A stretch of 64,000 nt of DNA, taken from contig JAAWGF010000001.1 in the NCBI GenBank assembly GCA_022795155.1, positions 74,826-138,825 on the forward strand, in the 5' to 3' direction. This DNA comes from Bacilli bacterium. Its GTDB lineage: Bacteria > Bacillota_I > Bacilli_A > RF39 > UBA660. Each line of letters starts with the position of its first letter. The first letter of the stretch is position 1. Under the pieces are notes generated by a model. The model ran no database searches. It saw nothing but the letters and a program-made list of their open reading frames with translations, and was not told the DNA's origin. Made by a program: the position numbers and the translations under genes. Below, one piece after another: positions 1 through 9,103 of this stretch.

Positions 1-2838
1 AGAACTAATGCTAAAGGTGAATATAATAGTGAAGTAATTGAGAACTTTGATGATATGATTTTGGCATCACTAATACTTGCTATTTACGATATTGAAAGTA
101 AAGTAACTACATTCTTTTGTAATTTAGGCATTAATGAAAGTAGGGTTCGCGCATTTTTAATTAGAGGGAAAACAGGTAGTCCTGGGTTACCACCTTCTGG
201 TGTGACAATTATTCGCCAATTTTTTGATAAATATATAAATAGTGGGTTTAATAAAGAAAAAGAAAGAAAAAATTTAACGATTGAAAATGTCATAACTAAT
301 ATTTTTGATCGTGATTTTACAAATAGCTTAGTTTTAGAAAAACTTCTTTATAAATATAAATTATCAATAACCGATTTTTCTGATTTTGAAAATAAATTAA
401 TAAACTTTGAAAAAAACTATGAGTTGTTACAAAGACAAAAAAAACTTGATGAATTTTATAATGATATTTCTAATGAAACAATTGAATTTATTGAATTTGT
501 TTCAAAAATTCATAAAATGCTCCAAAAATATTTTGATGATAATAAAATTAATAAAAAATATGTTAAAAATACTGATGATATTAGATTTTTGGCGTTCTTT
601 ATTAGTAGTTATTTTATTCCTAATGACTTTATTAGTTATTTTAAAGATAATGGTATTACAAAAGAAAAAATAATGGATAAGTTAGGTATAAATATTGATA
701 AAGAAGAAATTGATAAAATTGAATCTGATATTAATCTTATTGTAAATAACTATAAAGATATTATTTTTGGATATATAAGCTATAGAAAAGACATTAGCAT
801 TAATACCGTTTTATATGGGCTTGGAAACTTGGAAACAATAAACTCTAATTGTATATTAAAGCTTATTGAAGATATCAATCCTAATTTAAGATTAACTAAT
901 GATTTTACAAATTTTATTATTAATTATAATAAAAATCAAGAAGATCTTAGAAAATATCAATTAGAACAAAAATTTTTTGGTGATATGGATAAAGAGACTA
1001 TAAATTTTATAAATAGAGTTTCAAAAGTTTATCAAGCTTTAGAAAATTCAAATAAGACAACACAATTTAGTCGTGATGATTTAATTCAAATAGCTCTTTA
1101 TTCTACAGCCGTAAATTATAATAGTGAGGATTTGCACTTTAAATTTTTAAGTACTTTAACAACTAAAAATATATCTAATGTATTAGATATAAATAGTATT
1201 AATAGCCATGAAGAAAGTATTGATATTATTTATAATTATTTTGGCAAATATATTTTTGGTGGCAAAAATAAAGATAAAAAGAAACATGAAATAACAATTA
1301 ACGATATTTATACTAATCTATTTAATAAAGATATGAATGGTAGTTTAGCTTTATATAAATTGTTAGATGAAATCGATTTTTGTTATGATAAATTTAATAA
1401 TTTTGATGAGAGTTTTGCTGAGTATGAAAAAAATGAGTATATTAATGATGTTAAAGGCAATTTAAATTATGCAGGCTACGCTAATTACTTTTATAATGTC
1501 TCTAAAATATATGATTGTTTATTTAATATAGCTAAAGATGGAAAATTAATTTATGACGCTAATAAATATAGAGAATATATTAAAGATGCATCGCGACTTT
1601 TGGCTTTTTTATTAGAAACTAACAATGAACGATTTGATAAATATTTATCTTTGTTAAATAAGAGAGGAATAACGATTAATAATTATTTAAAATATATTGG
1701 TGTTAATTTAGAAGATTTTAATAATTATCAAAATAAGGAAATTAATTATTTAACGCTTTATGAAAATTTTAGCGAATATGAAGATTATGGAAGATGTTAT
1801 GATTGGAGTAAATCTTTAATTAATAATCTATTTAAAAAGAAGGATAATAAGTACCGTTATGAAAATTTTATCAAATATTTAAATGTGTCACCAGAAATTG
1901 TTGAGAAGGAAATGGAAAGTGGGGAGGAAGTTATTATTCCACTTTCTCAGGATGAACAATTAAATTATTTGGCGACGATGCCAGTTAGTAAATTGGATTA
2001 TAATTTAAATTCCATTTCCAAGTTTGGTCAAGAATTAGCTGATCATTCGATTATTATCGCTAATGAATTTGTTAATATTGCGATTCAAGATAATGATAAT
2101 AATCGTGTTTTAGACATTAAAGAAGAGATTAGTAAATTAATGAAAAAACCGAGTATCTTTTTAAGGAAAATGCCTGTTAGTGGAAAAATTGCTCATAATA
2201 AAAAAATTTTAGATAATTTAACTGAGATATTAAAAGAAAACGAAGCACGTATGATTGAAGTAATTGAGCATTTTACTTATTTAAAAAAATTGATAGCTAT
2301 TTATGTTTATCGGTTGAATAATTATATTGAAGAATTAAAATATAATTTAGAAAATTTTGAAAATAATCAAAATAATAAGGGACAAAGTATTTTTGAAGTT
2401 TTAGATAGTAATACTATAAAACAAACATTGAACGCTAAATTAGGTGATTATCAAACTTCATTAAATATTAGTCTTCAACAATATAATAAAATAAATTTAG
2501 TGCTTAATAATTATTTGTTAAATTTAAGTAAAACTTCGACAGCTAGAAATACAACTATTCCTAATTTATATATCGAATTATCAATTAGAGATAGTATTTT
2601 ATTAGAGCAAGATAGTATTTCTGACTTGAATGATATTAATAATTTACTTAGTAATATCGTTAAAGCTAATAATGAATTGCTAGATAAGAATACTTTTAAA
2701 GTTGGTAAGAATAATCGAAATGCTTTTGAAGAAAAAAGTTTAAGTGGATCAATTAGTGAAGTTTTAAAAGCGGAACATTTGTTAGAACAAAGCTATAATG
2801 ATGAAATAGATATTGCTAAACCTTATATTAAAAAATAA
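1..2838 (+). CDS. Large protein with tandem ~170-aa helical (Clp-N-like) repeats and a C-terminal TelA-like domain; 5' end lies outside the window
   Basis: Frame 1 is open from base 1 to ATG 55. Recurring motifs (DDxxxxA, xTI(E/N)xxxTNxF, VSK(I/V)xxxL) at about 170-aa spacing. C-terminal SISKFGQ...NTTIPNL...KANNELL resembles TelA. Confidence 0.55.
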   Translation, partial: RTNAKGEYNSEVIENFDDMILASLILAIYDIESKVTTFFCNLGINESRVRAFLIRGKTGSPGLPPSGVTIIRQFFDKYINSGFNKEKERKNLTIENVITNIFDRDFTNSLVLEKLLYKYKLSITDFSDFENKLINFEKNYELLQRQKKLDEFYNDISNETIEFIEFVSKIHKMLQKYFDDNKINKKYVKNTDDIRFLAFFISSYFIPNDFISYFKDNGITKEKIMDKLGINIDKEEIDKIESDINLIVNNYKDIIFGYISYRKDISINTVLYGLGNLETINSNCILKLIEDINPNLRLTNDFTNFIINYNKNQEDLRKYQLEQKFFGDMDKETINFINRVSKVYQALENSNKTTQFSRDDLIQIALYSTAVNYNSEDLHFKFLSTLTTKNISNVLDINSINSHEESIDIIYNYFGKYIFGGKNKDKKKHEITINDIYTNLFNKDMNGSLALYKLLDEIDFCYDKFNNFDESFAEYEKNEYINDVKGNLNYAGYANYFYNVSKIYDCLFNIAKDGKLIYDANKYREYIKDASRLLAFLLETNNERFDKYLSLLNKRGITINNYLKYIGVNLEDFNNYQNKEINYLTLYENFSEYEDYGRCYDWSKSLINNLFKKKDNKYRYENFIKYLNVSPEIVEKEMESGEEVIIPLSQDEQLNYLATMPVSKLDYNLNSISKFGQELADHSIIIANEFVNIAIQDNDNNRVLDIKEEISKLMKKPSIFLRKMPVSGKIAHNKKILDNLTEILKENEARMIEVIEHFTYLKKLIAIYVYRLNNYIEELKYNLENFENNQNNKGQSIFEVLDSNTIKQTLNAKLGDYQTSLNISLQQYNKINLVLNNYLLNLSKTSTARNTTIPNLYIELSIRDSILLEQDSISDLNDINNLLSNIVKANNELLDKNTFKVGKNNRNAFEEKSLSGSISEVLKAEHLLEQSYNDEIDIAKPYIKK

Positions 2839-2852
2839 TATTTAATAATAGT

Positions 2853-2884
2853 AATAATCCATAAGAATTTATGGGTTATTTTTA
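2853..2884 (+). terminator. Intrinsic terminator
   Basis: AATAATCCATAA-GAAT-TTATGGGTTATT followed by a T-run. Confidence 0.6.
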
Positions 2885-2976
2885 CTATAAAATATTTAAA
2901 TAATAAATTTATATGAAAAATAGTGTCTAAAATTTATTTTTATGATAAACTTATATAAGATACTAGGAGTGGTGTT

Positions 2977-3675
2977 ATGAAACCAAAAAAAATAAAAAAA
3001 ACAAAATCTAAGAAAAAGATAAAAATAAAGTATACTCGCGTATTTATTTTGTTGTTAGTTTTGCTATCTTTTATATTCGGCTTGGTTTTTATAATTAATT
3101 TAAAAATAACTAATATAGTTGTAATTGGTGATTATAATATTCTTAAAGAACAGGAAATTATTGACATTGCTTCTATTTCAAATTACCCTAAAACCTTAGC
3201 TTTTTCAAGTTCCAAGATTAAGAAAAATTTGGAGGATAATATATATATTAAGAGCGCAAAAGTTAAGAAAAAATATTTGACACAAGTATATATTATGGTT
3301 GAAGAAAATTATCCTTTATTTTTTTATAAAACTGATAATAAAACAATTTTATTAGATGGTTCTAAAGTTGATAAGGTATTTTCTGTACCAACGGTTATCA
3401 ATTATATTCCTAATCTTAAATATCAGAGTTTTGTTGAGAAAATGGGATTATTAGATAGTAATATTTTAGAGCGTATTTCAGAAATAAAATATGATCCTAG
3501 TGATTATGATGATGAAAGATTTTTATTATATATGAAAGATGGAAATTATGTTTATATTAATTTATATAAATTTAGTAATTTAAATAAGTATATTGAAATT
3601 GTTAAAAATTTTGGAAATAAAAGGGGAATTGTGTATTTAGATTCTGGAAATTATTTTGAAATTATAGAAAAATAG
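2977..3675 (+). CDS. divIB: Cell division protein DivIB/FtsQ
   Basis: Basic N-tail, one TM helix, POTRA-like segment; directly upstream of ftsA-ftsZ. Confidence 0.85.
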   Translation: MKPKKIKKTKSKKKIKIKYTRVFILLLVLLSFIFGLVFIINLKITNIVVIGDYNILKEQEIIDIASISNYPKTLAFSSSKIKKNLEDNIYIKSAKVKKKYLTQVYIMVEENYPLFFYKTDNKTILLDGSKVDKVFSVPTVINYIPNLKYQSFVEKMGLLDSNILERISEIKYDPSDYDDERFLLYMKDGNYVYINLYKFSNLNKYIEIVKNFGNKRGIVYLDSGNYFEIIEK

Positions 3676-3761
3676 TTCTTTTTAGAACTTTTTTAATTTT
3701 TTTCTTTTACTTTTTTTAAAATATATAGTATAATTGATTTTAGATTATAGGAGATGATATT

Positions 3762-5000
3762 GTGAAACATATTTACACTAGTGTTGATATTGGTTCTGAT
3801 ACAATCAAAATAGTCGTATGTGAATTGCTTAAGAACAAATTGAATTTACTAGCGGCATCTTCTGTTAAATCTAAAGGGATAAAAAAGGGTTTGATTACTA
3901 ACTTTGAAGAGGCACAATCTTCTTTACGGTTAGCCATATCTAAAATAGAGGATATGTTAGGAGCAAAAATAGCTCACGCAATCGTCTCTGTACCATCATA
4001 TTTTGCGGATTATTCTATGATTAAAGGTTCAATTAATGTTTTAACTGATGATCATATTATAGTTGGTAAAGATGTTGATAAGGTTATCGAGAGCGCTATT
4101 GCAAGTCATGAGTTATCAGGTAAATCAATTATTACAACAGTTCCAATTGACTTTTCTGTTGATAATGAGGAAAGAATATTAGATCCTAAGGGTTTAAATG
4201 GCGAGATATTATCTATGAGGGGGATTATGGTTACGACACCCAAAAAGAATTTATATTCTGTTTTAAATTTATTTGATAGTTTAGGAATAGAAGTTGATGA
4301 TGTTTCTATTAATGGCATTGGAGACTACTATTCCTTAAAAAATGACAATATGGATGCATTGGTTGGTTCAATTGTCAACGTTGGCTCTGAAACAACAACG
4401 ATATCTCTATTTAACAAGGGTGTTATTGTAAAAAGTTCTATTTTACAAAATGGAGGCAAAAATATAGATAATGATTTATCTTATATCTATAAAATACCTT
4501 TAGATGATGCTTGTGAAATGAAAGAAAAGTTTACTTTAGCTCATAAAAAAAATGCTAGTGTTAATGATGTTTGTATGGTTACGACTACTTCTGGAAAGAC
4601 AAGAAAGGTTAATCAGTATGAAGCCTCAGAGGTAGTCATGGCAAGACTAGAACAAATTTTAAATTCTGCTAAAAAGGAAATATCTGCTTTGACTAATCGG
4701 AAATTAGATTATATAATATTAACTGGTGGAACTAGTAATATGACACATTTTAATTATATAGTTGATGATGTGCTTGGAAAAAGTGCAACTGTTGGTAGTA
4801 TAAAGTTAATTGGAGTTAGAAATAATAAATATTCTTCTGCCATCGGCAATATTCTTTATTTTGTTAGCCGGCTAAGATTAAATGGAAGTAGTTATACAAT
4901 GTTTAAAAAAAATGAAATTGAAGAATTAGGTTCTAATCGTACTAGTAATTCAAATGACTCAATGTTAAGTAAGGTTTTTGGATACTTTTTTGGTGAATAA
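3762..5000 (+). CDS. ftsA: Cell division protein FtsA
   Basis: VDIGSDTIK actin-fold phosphate motif, LTGGTS; precedes ftsZ. Confidence 0.93.
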   Translation: MKHIYTSVDIGSDTIKIVVCELLKNKLNLLAASSVKSKGIKKGLITNFEEAQSSLRLAISKIEDMLGAKIAHAIVSVPSYFADYSMIKGSINVLTDDHIIVGKDVDKVIESAIASHELSGKSIITTVPIDFSVDNEERILDPKGLNGEILSMRGIMVTTPKKNLYSVLNLFDSLGIEVDDVSINGIGDYYSLKNDNMDALVGSIVNVGSETTTISLFNKGVIVKSSILQNGGKNIDNDLSYIYKIPLDDACEMKEKFTLAHKKNASVNDVCMVTTTSGKTRKVNQYEASEVVMARLEQILNSAKKEISALTNRKLDYIILTGGTSNMTHFNYIVDDVLGKSATVGSIKLIGVRNNKYSSAIGNILYFVSRLRLNGSSYTMFKKNEIEELGSNRTSNSNDSMLSKVFGYFFGE

Positions 5001-5012
5001 GGGAGGAAATTT

Positions 5013-6080
5013 ATGTTTGGGTTAGAAATAGATCAAATTGCCAAGATAAAAGTTATTGGTGTTGGCGGTGGTGGTGGAAATGCGGTTAACCGTATGATTG
5101 AATCAGGAATAAAAGGTGTTGATTTTATTGTTGCAAATACTGATTTGCAAGTTTTAAATGCATCTAAAGCACCACTTAAAATACAAATTGGCGCTGAACT
5201 AACTGGTGGAAGAGGAGCTGGCTCAAAACCTGATATTGGTAGAGAAGCTGCTTTAGAGTCAAGATCAGAGATTGAAGCTGCTTTAGAAGGTGCTGATATG
5301 GTTTTTGTTACTTGTGGTATGGGTGGCGGAACAGGAACAGGTGCTGCTCCTATCGTTGCTAGTATAGCTCAAGAATTAGGGGCTCTTACGGTTGGAATTG
5401 TTACAAAGCCTTTCTCTTTTGAAGGAAAGAAACGAATGGATCAAGCTATTGTTGGACTTGATGAATTAAAAAAACATGTTGATACATTAATTGTTATACC
5501 TAATGATCGTTTAAGAGAAATAATTGATAAGTCAACACCACTTTTAGCTTCTTTTAAAGAAGTTGACAATATTTTAATGCGTGGAGTTCAGTCTATTTCT
5601 GATTTGATTGCGGTTGCTGGTCTTATTAACCTTGATTTTGCTGATGTTAAATCAGTTATGGAGAAACGTGGTAATGCCCTAATTGGTATTGGTATAGGTG
5701 CTGGTGAAAATCGTGCCACTGAAGCCGCAAAGCAAGCTGTATCTAGCCCATTACTTGAAACTAGTATTAGTGGAGCGACTGACGCTATTATTAATGTAAC
5801 TGGTGGCGAGAATTTAACTTTATTTGAAGTTGAGGAGGCAGCTGAGGTAATTAGAACTTCGGCTAATACAGACATTAATACTATTTTTGGAGCTGTTATT
5901 AATGAAAATTTAAATGATGAAATTATTGTTACGGTAATCGCAACTGGCTTTGAAGATGCTGATAAGGCAAAGGTAGCAGCTACAGCTAAGAAAGAAACAG
6001 TAACAGCTAATATAGTTAGCGATGATGACGATGATGATGACAGTGATTTACCACCATTTTTAAGAAAAAGAGGATTTTAA
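5013..6080 (+). CDS. ftsZ: Cell division protein FtsZ
   Basis: GGGTGTG tubulin signature, NLDFAD T7 loop, C-terminal DLPPFLR peptide. Confidence 0.99.
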   Translation: MFGLEIDQIAKIKVIGVGGGGGNAVNRMIESGIKGVDFIVANTDLQVLNASKAPLKIQIGAELTGGRGAGSKPDIGREAALESRSEIEAALEGADMVFVTCGMGGGTGTGAAPIVASIAQELGALTVGIVTKPFSFEGKKRMDQAIVGLDELKKHVDTLIVIPNDRLREIIDKSTPLLASFKEVDNILMRGVQSISDLIAVAGLINLDFADVKSVMEKRGNALIGIGIGAGENRATEAAKQAVSSPLLETSISGATDAIINVTGGENLTLFEVEEAAEVIRTSANTDINTIFGAVINENLNDEIIVTVIATGFEDADKAKVAATAKKETVTANIVSDDDDDDDSDLPPFLRKRGF

Positions 6081-6152
6081 AAAATTTGATATATAACCAA
6101 TAAAACGACATAATTTATTATGCCGCTTTTTTATAATGTATTTGGTGATGAG

Positions 6153-6944
6153 ATGAAAATATATGTTGATTTTGTTTTATTTTTAAATTTTATGATTGAT
6201 TTATTATTATTATTTGGTGTTTCAATTATTTTAAAAAGGAATGTTAGTATTAATCGTATTATTTTAGGGGCTTTTTTTGGTAGTTTATCAATTTTATTTT
6301 TGTTTTTCAATATTAATAGTTTTTTACTTACAATATTTAAAATTTTAATTAGTATAATAATGGTAATTGTAGCTTTTGGTTTTAAAAATATTAAATATTT
6401 ATTTAAAAATTTTATTTTTCTATATTTATTAGGAATTGTTTTAGGTGGTGTATTATATTTTTTAAATATTCAATTTTCTTATAAACAGGTTGGCTTAATT
6501 TTCTTTCATAGTGGTATAAGTATTAACATTATATTTTTGATTATTGTTTCACCAATTATTATTTATTTATATATTAAACAAGTTAGTTCTTTAAAAAATA
6601 ATTATGCTAATTATTATAAAATCCGCATAAATTTGGAGAATAGGGAATATAAATTTATAGGTTTTTTAGATACAGGTAATAAGTTAAAAGATCCGTATTT
6701 TAATCGCCCTATTATTTTAATTAATAAAGATAAAATATCATTTAACGATATGAAAAAAATTTATATACCTTATGTTACTATTACAGAAAATGGTTTATTA
6801 GAATGTATTAATTTAAAACAAGTATATATTGATTCTATAGGTATTAAAAAAAATGTTTTATTAGGATTTATAAAAGAGCAGATAACGATTGATGGTGTAG
6901 ATTGTATTTTACAAACAAAATTATTGGAGGGAATAAAATGTTAA
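6153..6944 (+). CDS. spoIIGA: Pro-sigmaE processing aspartic protease SpoIIGA
   Basis: MKIYVDFVLFLNFMIDLLLL N-terminus, multiple TMs, GFLDTGNKLKDP active site; upstream of sigE. Start moved from 6120. Confidence 0.92.
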   Translation: MKIYVDFVLFLNFMIDLLLLFGVSIILKRNVSINRIILGAFFGSLSILFLFFNINSFLLTIFKILISIIMVIVAFGFKNIKYLFKNFIFLYLLGIVLGGVLYFLNIQFSYKQVGLIFFHSGISINIIFLIIVSPIIIYLYIKQVSSLKNNYANYYKIRINLENREYKFIGFLDTGNKLKDPYFNRPIILINKDKISFNDMKKIYIPYVTITENGLLECINLKQVYIDSIGIKKNVLLGFIKEQITIDGVDCILQTKLLEGIKC

Positions 6945-7630
6945 AAAAATTATTAAACTTTTTTATTAGGATTTTTAATGTAGAAAATAATATATTTTTT
7001 ATAGGAAGTGCTGATAAATTACCAGAACCATTATCTAAAGATGAAGAAATAAAGTATGTTGAAAAGTCAATGAATGGCGATATATTGGCTCGTGAAAAGT
7101 TAATTGAGCATAATTTAAGATTAGTTGTTTTTTTATCTAAAAAGTATGAGAACACAGGTGTTGATTTAGAGGACTTGGTTAGTATTGGGACAATTGGTTT
7201 AATTAAGGGTGTTAATACCTATAAATTAGATAAAAATATTAAACTTGCAACATATGCATCGCGTTGTATTGATAATGAAATTTTAATGTTTTTACGCAAG
7301 AATAAGCGTCGAAAAACAGAAGTTAGTTTTGAAGATAATCTAAGTTATGATTCAGAGGGTAATGAGTTACATCTTGAAGATATTTTGGGAACAGAAAATG
7401 ATATTGTTACAAAAGGAATAGAAAATGAAACGGAGAGAAAAATTTTGTATGAAGAAATTGAAAAATTAAATCCCCGTGATAAACAAATAATGATTTTACG
7501 ATACGGCTTATTTAATCATAAAGAATTAACGCAAAAAGATGTTGCAAACCTTTTAGGTATAAGCCAATCATATATATCAAGAATTGAAAAAAAAGTCATT
7601 AGAAGGATTCAAAATATTACTAAAATTTAA
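6938..7630 (+). CDS. sigE: Sporulation sigma factor sigmaE (pro-form)
   Basis: Pro-peptide then IGSADKLPEPL, NLRLVV, DLEDLVSIGTIGLIK, KLATYASRCIDNEILM, TQKDVANLLGISQSYISRIEK. GGAGG RBS before ATG 6938. Confidence 0.95.
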   Translation: MLKKLLNFFIRIFNVENNIFFIGSADKLPEPLSKDEEIKYVEKSMNGDILAREKLIEHNLRLVVFLSKKYENTGVDLEDLVSIGTIGLIKGVNTYKLDKNIKLATYASRCIDNEILMFLRKNKRRKTEVSFEDNLSYDSEGNELHLEDILGTENDIVTKGIENETERKILYEEIEKLNPRDKQIMILRYGLFNHKELTQKDVANLLGISQSYISRIEKKVIRRIQNITKI

Positions 7631-7698
7631 AAAATATATTTATCTATATTTTTTTTTATGATATAATTTTATCAATGATAAGGATAAGGGGAATCTAT

Positions 7699-9045
7699 AT
7701 GAAAAAAAAGGAACAAAAAACGGTTGATAATTTAGTTAAAGAAAATAATGAAGAATCAAAAGTTGAAAATTTGGATAATAATGTTGGAATTAAAGATTAT
7801 AAGTTTGTCATAATTTTATTAGTAGTTATTGCTGTGTTTGCTTTTTCAATGCCTTTAATTTTTAAAGGAATAAAAAAGTTAGAAGAAAGCAATTTTATTG
7901 ATAATTTATTTTCTAAAAATAATAGTGTTCCAGTTGATAATGTTGAGAATAAGACGCCTGGTAAGGCTGAAATCGTTAATGCGGATAAGAGTGGGGCTAA
8001 TGCGCCAGTATTAAAAGATGGTATGATACCTGTTAGGTATAATTATATTGAAAAAAAATGGGTAAAGGCTAATGCTGATAATCCTGACACAAATAGCTGG
8101 TATAATTATGCGAAAAAAGAGTGGGCTAATGCTATATTGGTTCGTGAAAACGGTACTAAAACACGTGAATTTTATGAGAATGCTAAACCTGATACTATGA
8201 TTAATGATGAAGATATTTTAGCTTTTTATGTTTGGATACCACGTTATAAATATTCGATTGTATCTAGTACAGGTCTTCAACAGATTGATATTTCTTTTGA
8301 AGAAAAGACAGCAACTAAAACAACAGGACCAAATTATATAACTCATCCGGCTTTTACGTTTGATGGAAATGAGCTTGCTGGTATATGGGTTGGAAAATTT
8401 GAGGTTACAGGAGATTTTAATAATTTGACTATTTTACCTAATCGAAATGCAGTAGTAAATCAAAGCATTTCTAATATGTTTAACGCAATAAAAGGATTTT
8501 ATGGTTCTTATTATGGTTTAAATAGTGAAACAACTAATTTACGTCTAATTAAAAATAGTGAATGGGGAGCTATCGTATATTTAACAAATTCTAAGTATGG
8601 TATTTGTCGAAATAAAGAATGTTCAGAAATGAGTACATATAATTTTGATTACAGTTCTGATGCTGGTGTCAATTCTAGTACAACTGGTAATGTAACTGGT
8701 GTTTATGCGATGAATGGTAGTGCAATGGAATATGTTATGGGTAATAATAATAGTGTTGTTGGTGAATCTGGTTTTGATAGTGTATGGATGTCAGAAAATA
8801 GAAAGTATTATGATAATTATACGAATGGTAGTGAAATCGAGTATACGCGTGGAATATCTGGTGATGCGACAGTAGAATTCGGCCCATTTAATAATGGACA
8901 AAGTAGTTGGAATAACAGTTTTTCTAAATTTGTTACTAATGATAATCCATGGTTTTTCCGTGATATAAATAATAGTATTTATTCATTTAGTAGTTATACA
9001 GGTGGGCCACATTATCAAGTGGGGTTTAGATTAAGTTTAAGTTAA
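7699..9045 (+). CDS. Membrane-anchored surface protein with FGE/C-type-lectin-like C-terminal domain
   Basis: One N-terminal TM; motifs WIPRYKY, THPAF, IWVGKFEV, NSEWGA, STTGNVTGVYAMNG and terminal GFRL. Confidence 0.5.
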   Translation: MKKKEQKTVDNLVKENNEESKVENLDNNVGIKDYKFVIILLVVIAVFAFSMPLIFKGIKKLEESNFIDNLFSKNNSVPVDNVENKTPGKAEIVNADKSGANAPVLKDGMIPVRYNYIEKKWVKANADNPDTNSWYNYAKKEWANAILVRENGTKTREFYENAKPDTMINDEDILAFYVWIPRYKYSIVSSTGLQQIDISFEEKTATKTTGPNYITHPAFTFDGNELAGIWVGKFEVTGDFNNLTILPNRNAVVNQSISNMFNAIKGFYGSYYGLNSETTNLRLIKNSEWGAIVYLTNSKYGICRNKECSEMSTYNFDYSSDAGVNSSTTGNVTGVYAMNGSAMEYVMGNNNSVVGESGFDSVWMSENRKYYDNYTNGSEIEYTRGISGDATVEFGPFNNGQSSWNNSFSKFVTNDNPWFFRDINNSIYSFSSYTGGPHYQVGFRLSLS

Positions 9046-9048
9046 ATT

Positions 9049-9079
9049 AAAAATATTGAAGAAATTTCAATATTTTTTT
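9049..9079 (+). terminator. Intrinsic terminator
   Basis: Perfect 12-bp stem AAAAATATTGAA-GAAAT-TTCAATATTTTT plus T-run. Confidence 0.75.
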
Positions 9080-9103
9080 GTTATAATAATTATGGTGATA
9101 AAA

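Noticed and set aside
84-673. ORF-track ORFs 84-293(-) and 407-673(+)
   Set aside because: Shadow frames inside the large CDS; no RBS or motifs.
4106-5875. Antisense ORFs 4106-4318 and 5588-5875
   Set aside because: Opposite ftsA and ftsZ; codon-bias shadows.
6022-6042. GAT/GAC repeat encoding seven Asp in FtsZ
   Set aside because: Ordinary acidic disordered FtsZ linker.
7699-9045. Diversity-generating retroelement
   Set aside because: The fold could suit a DGR target, but I saw no reverse transcriptase or template repeat in the window.
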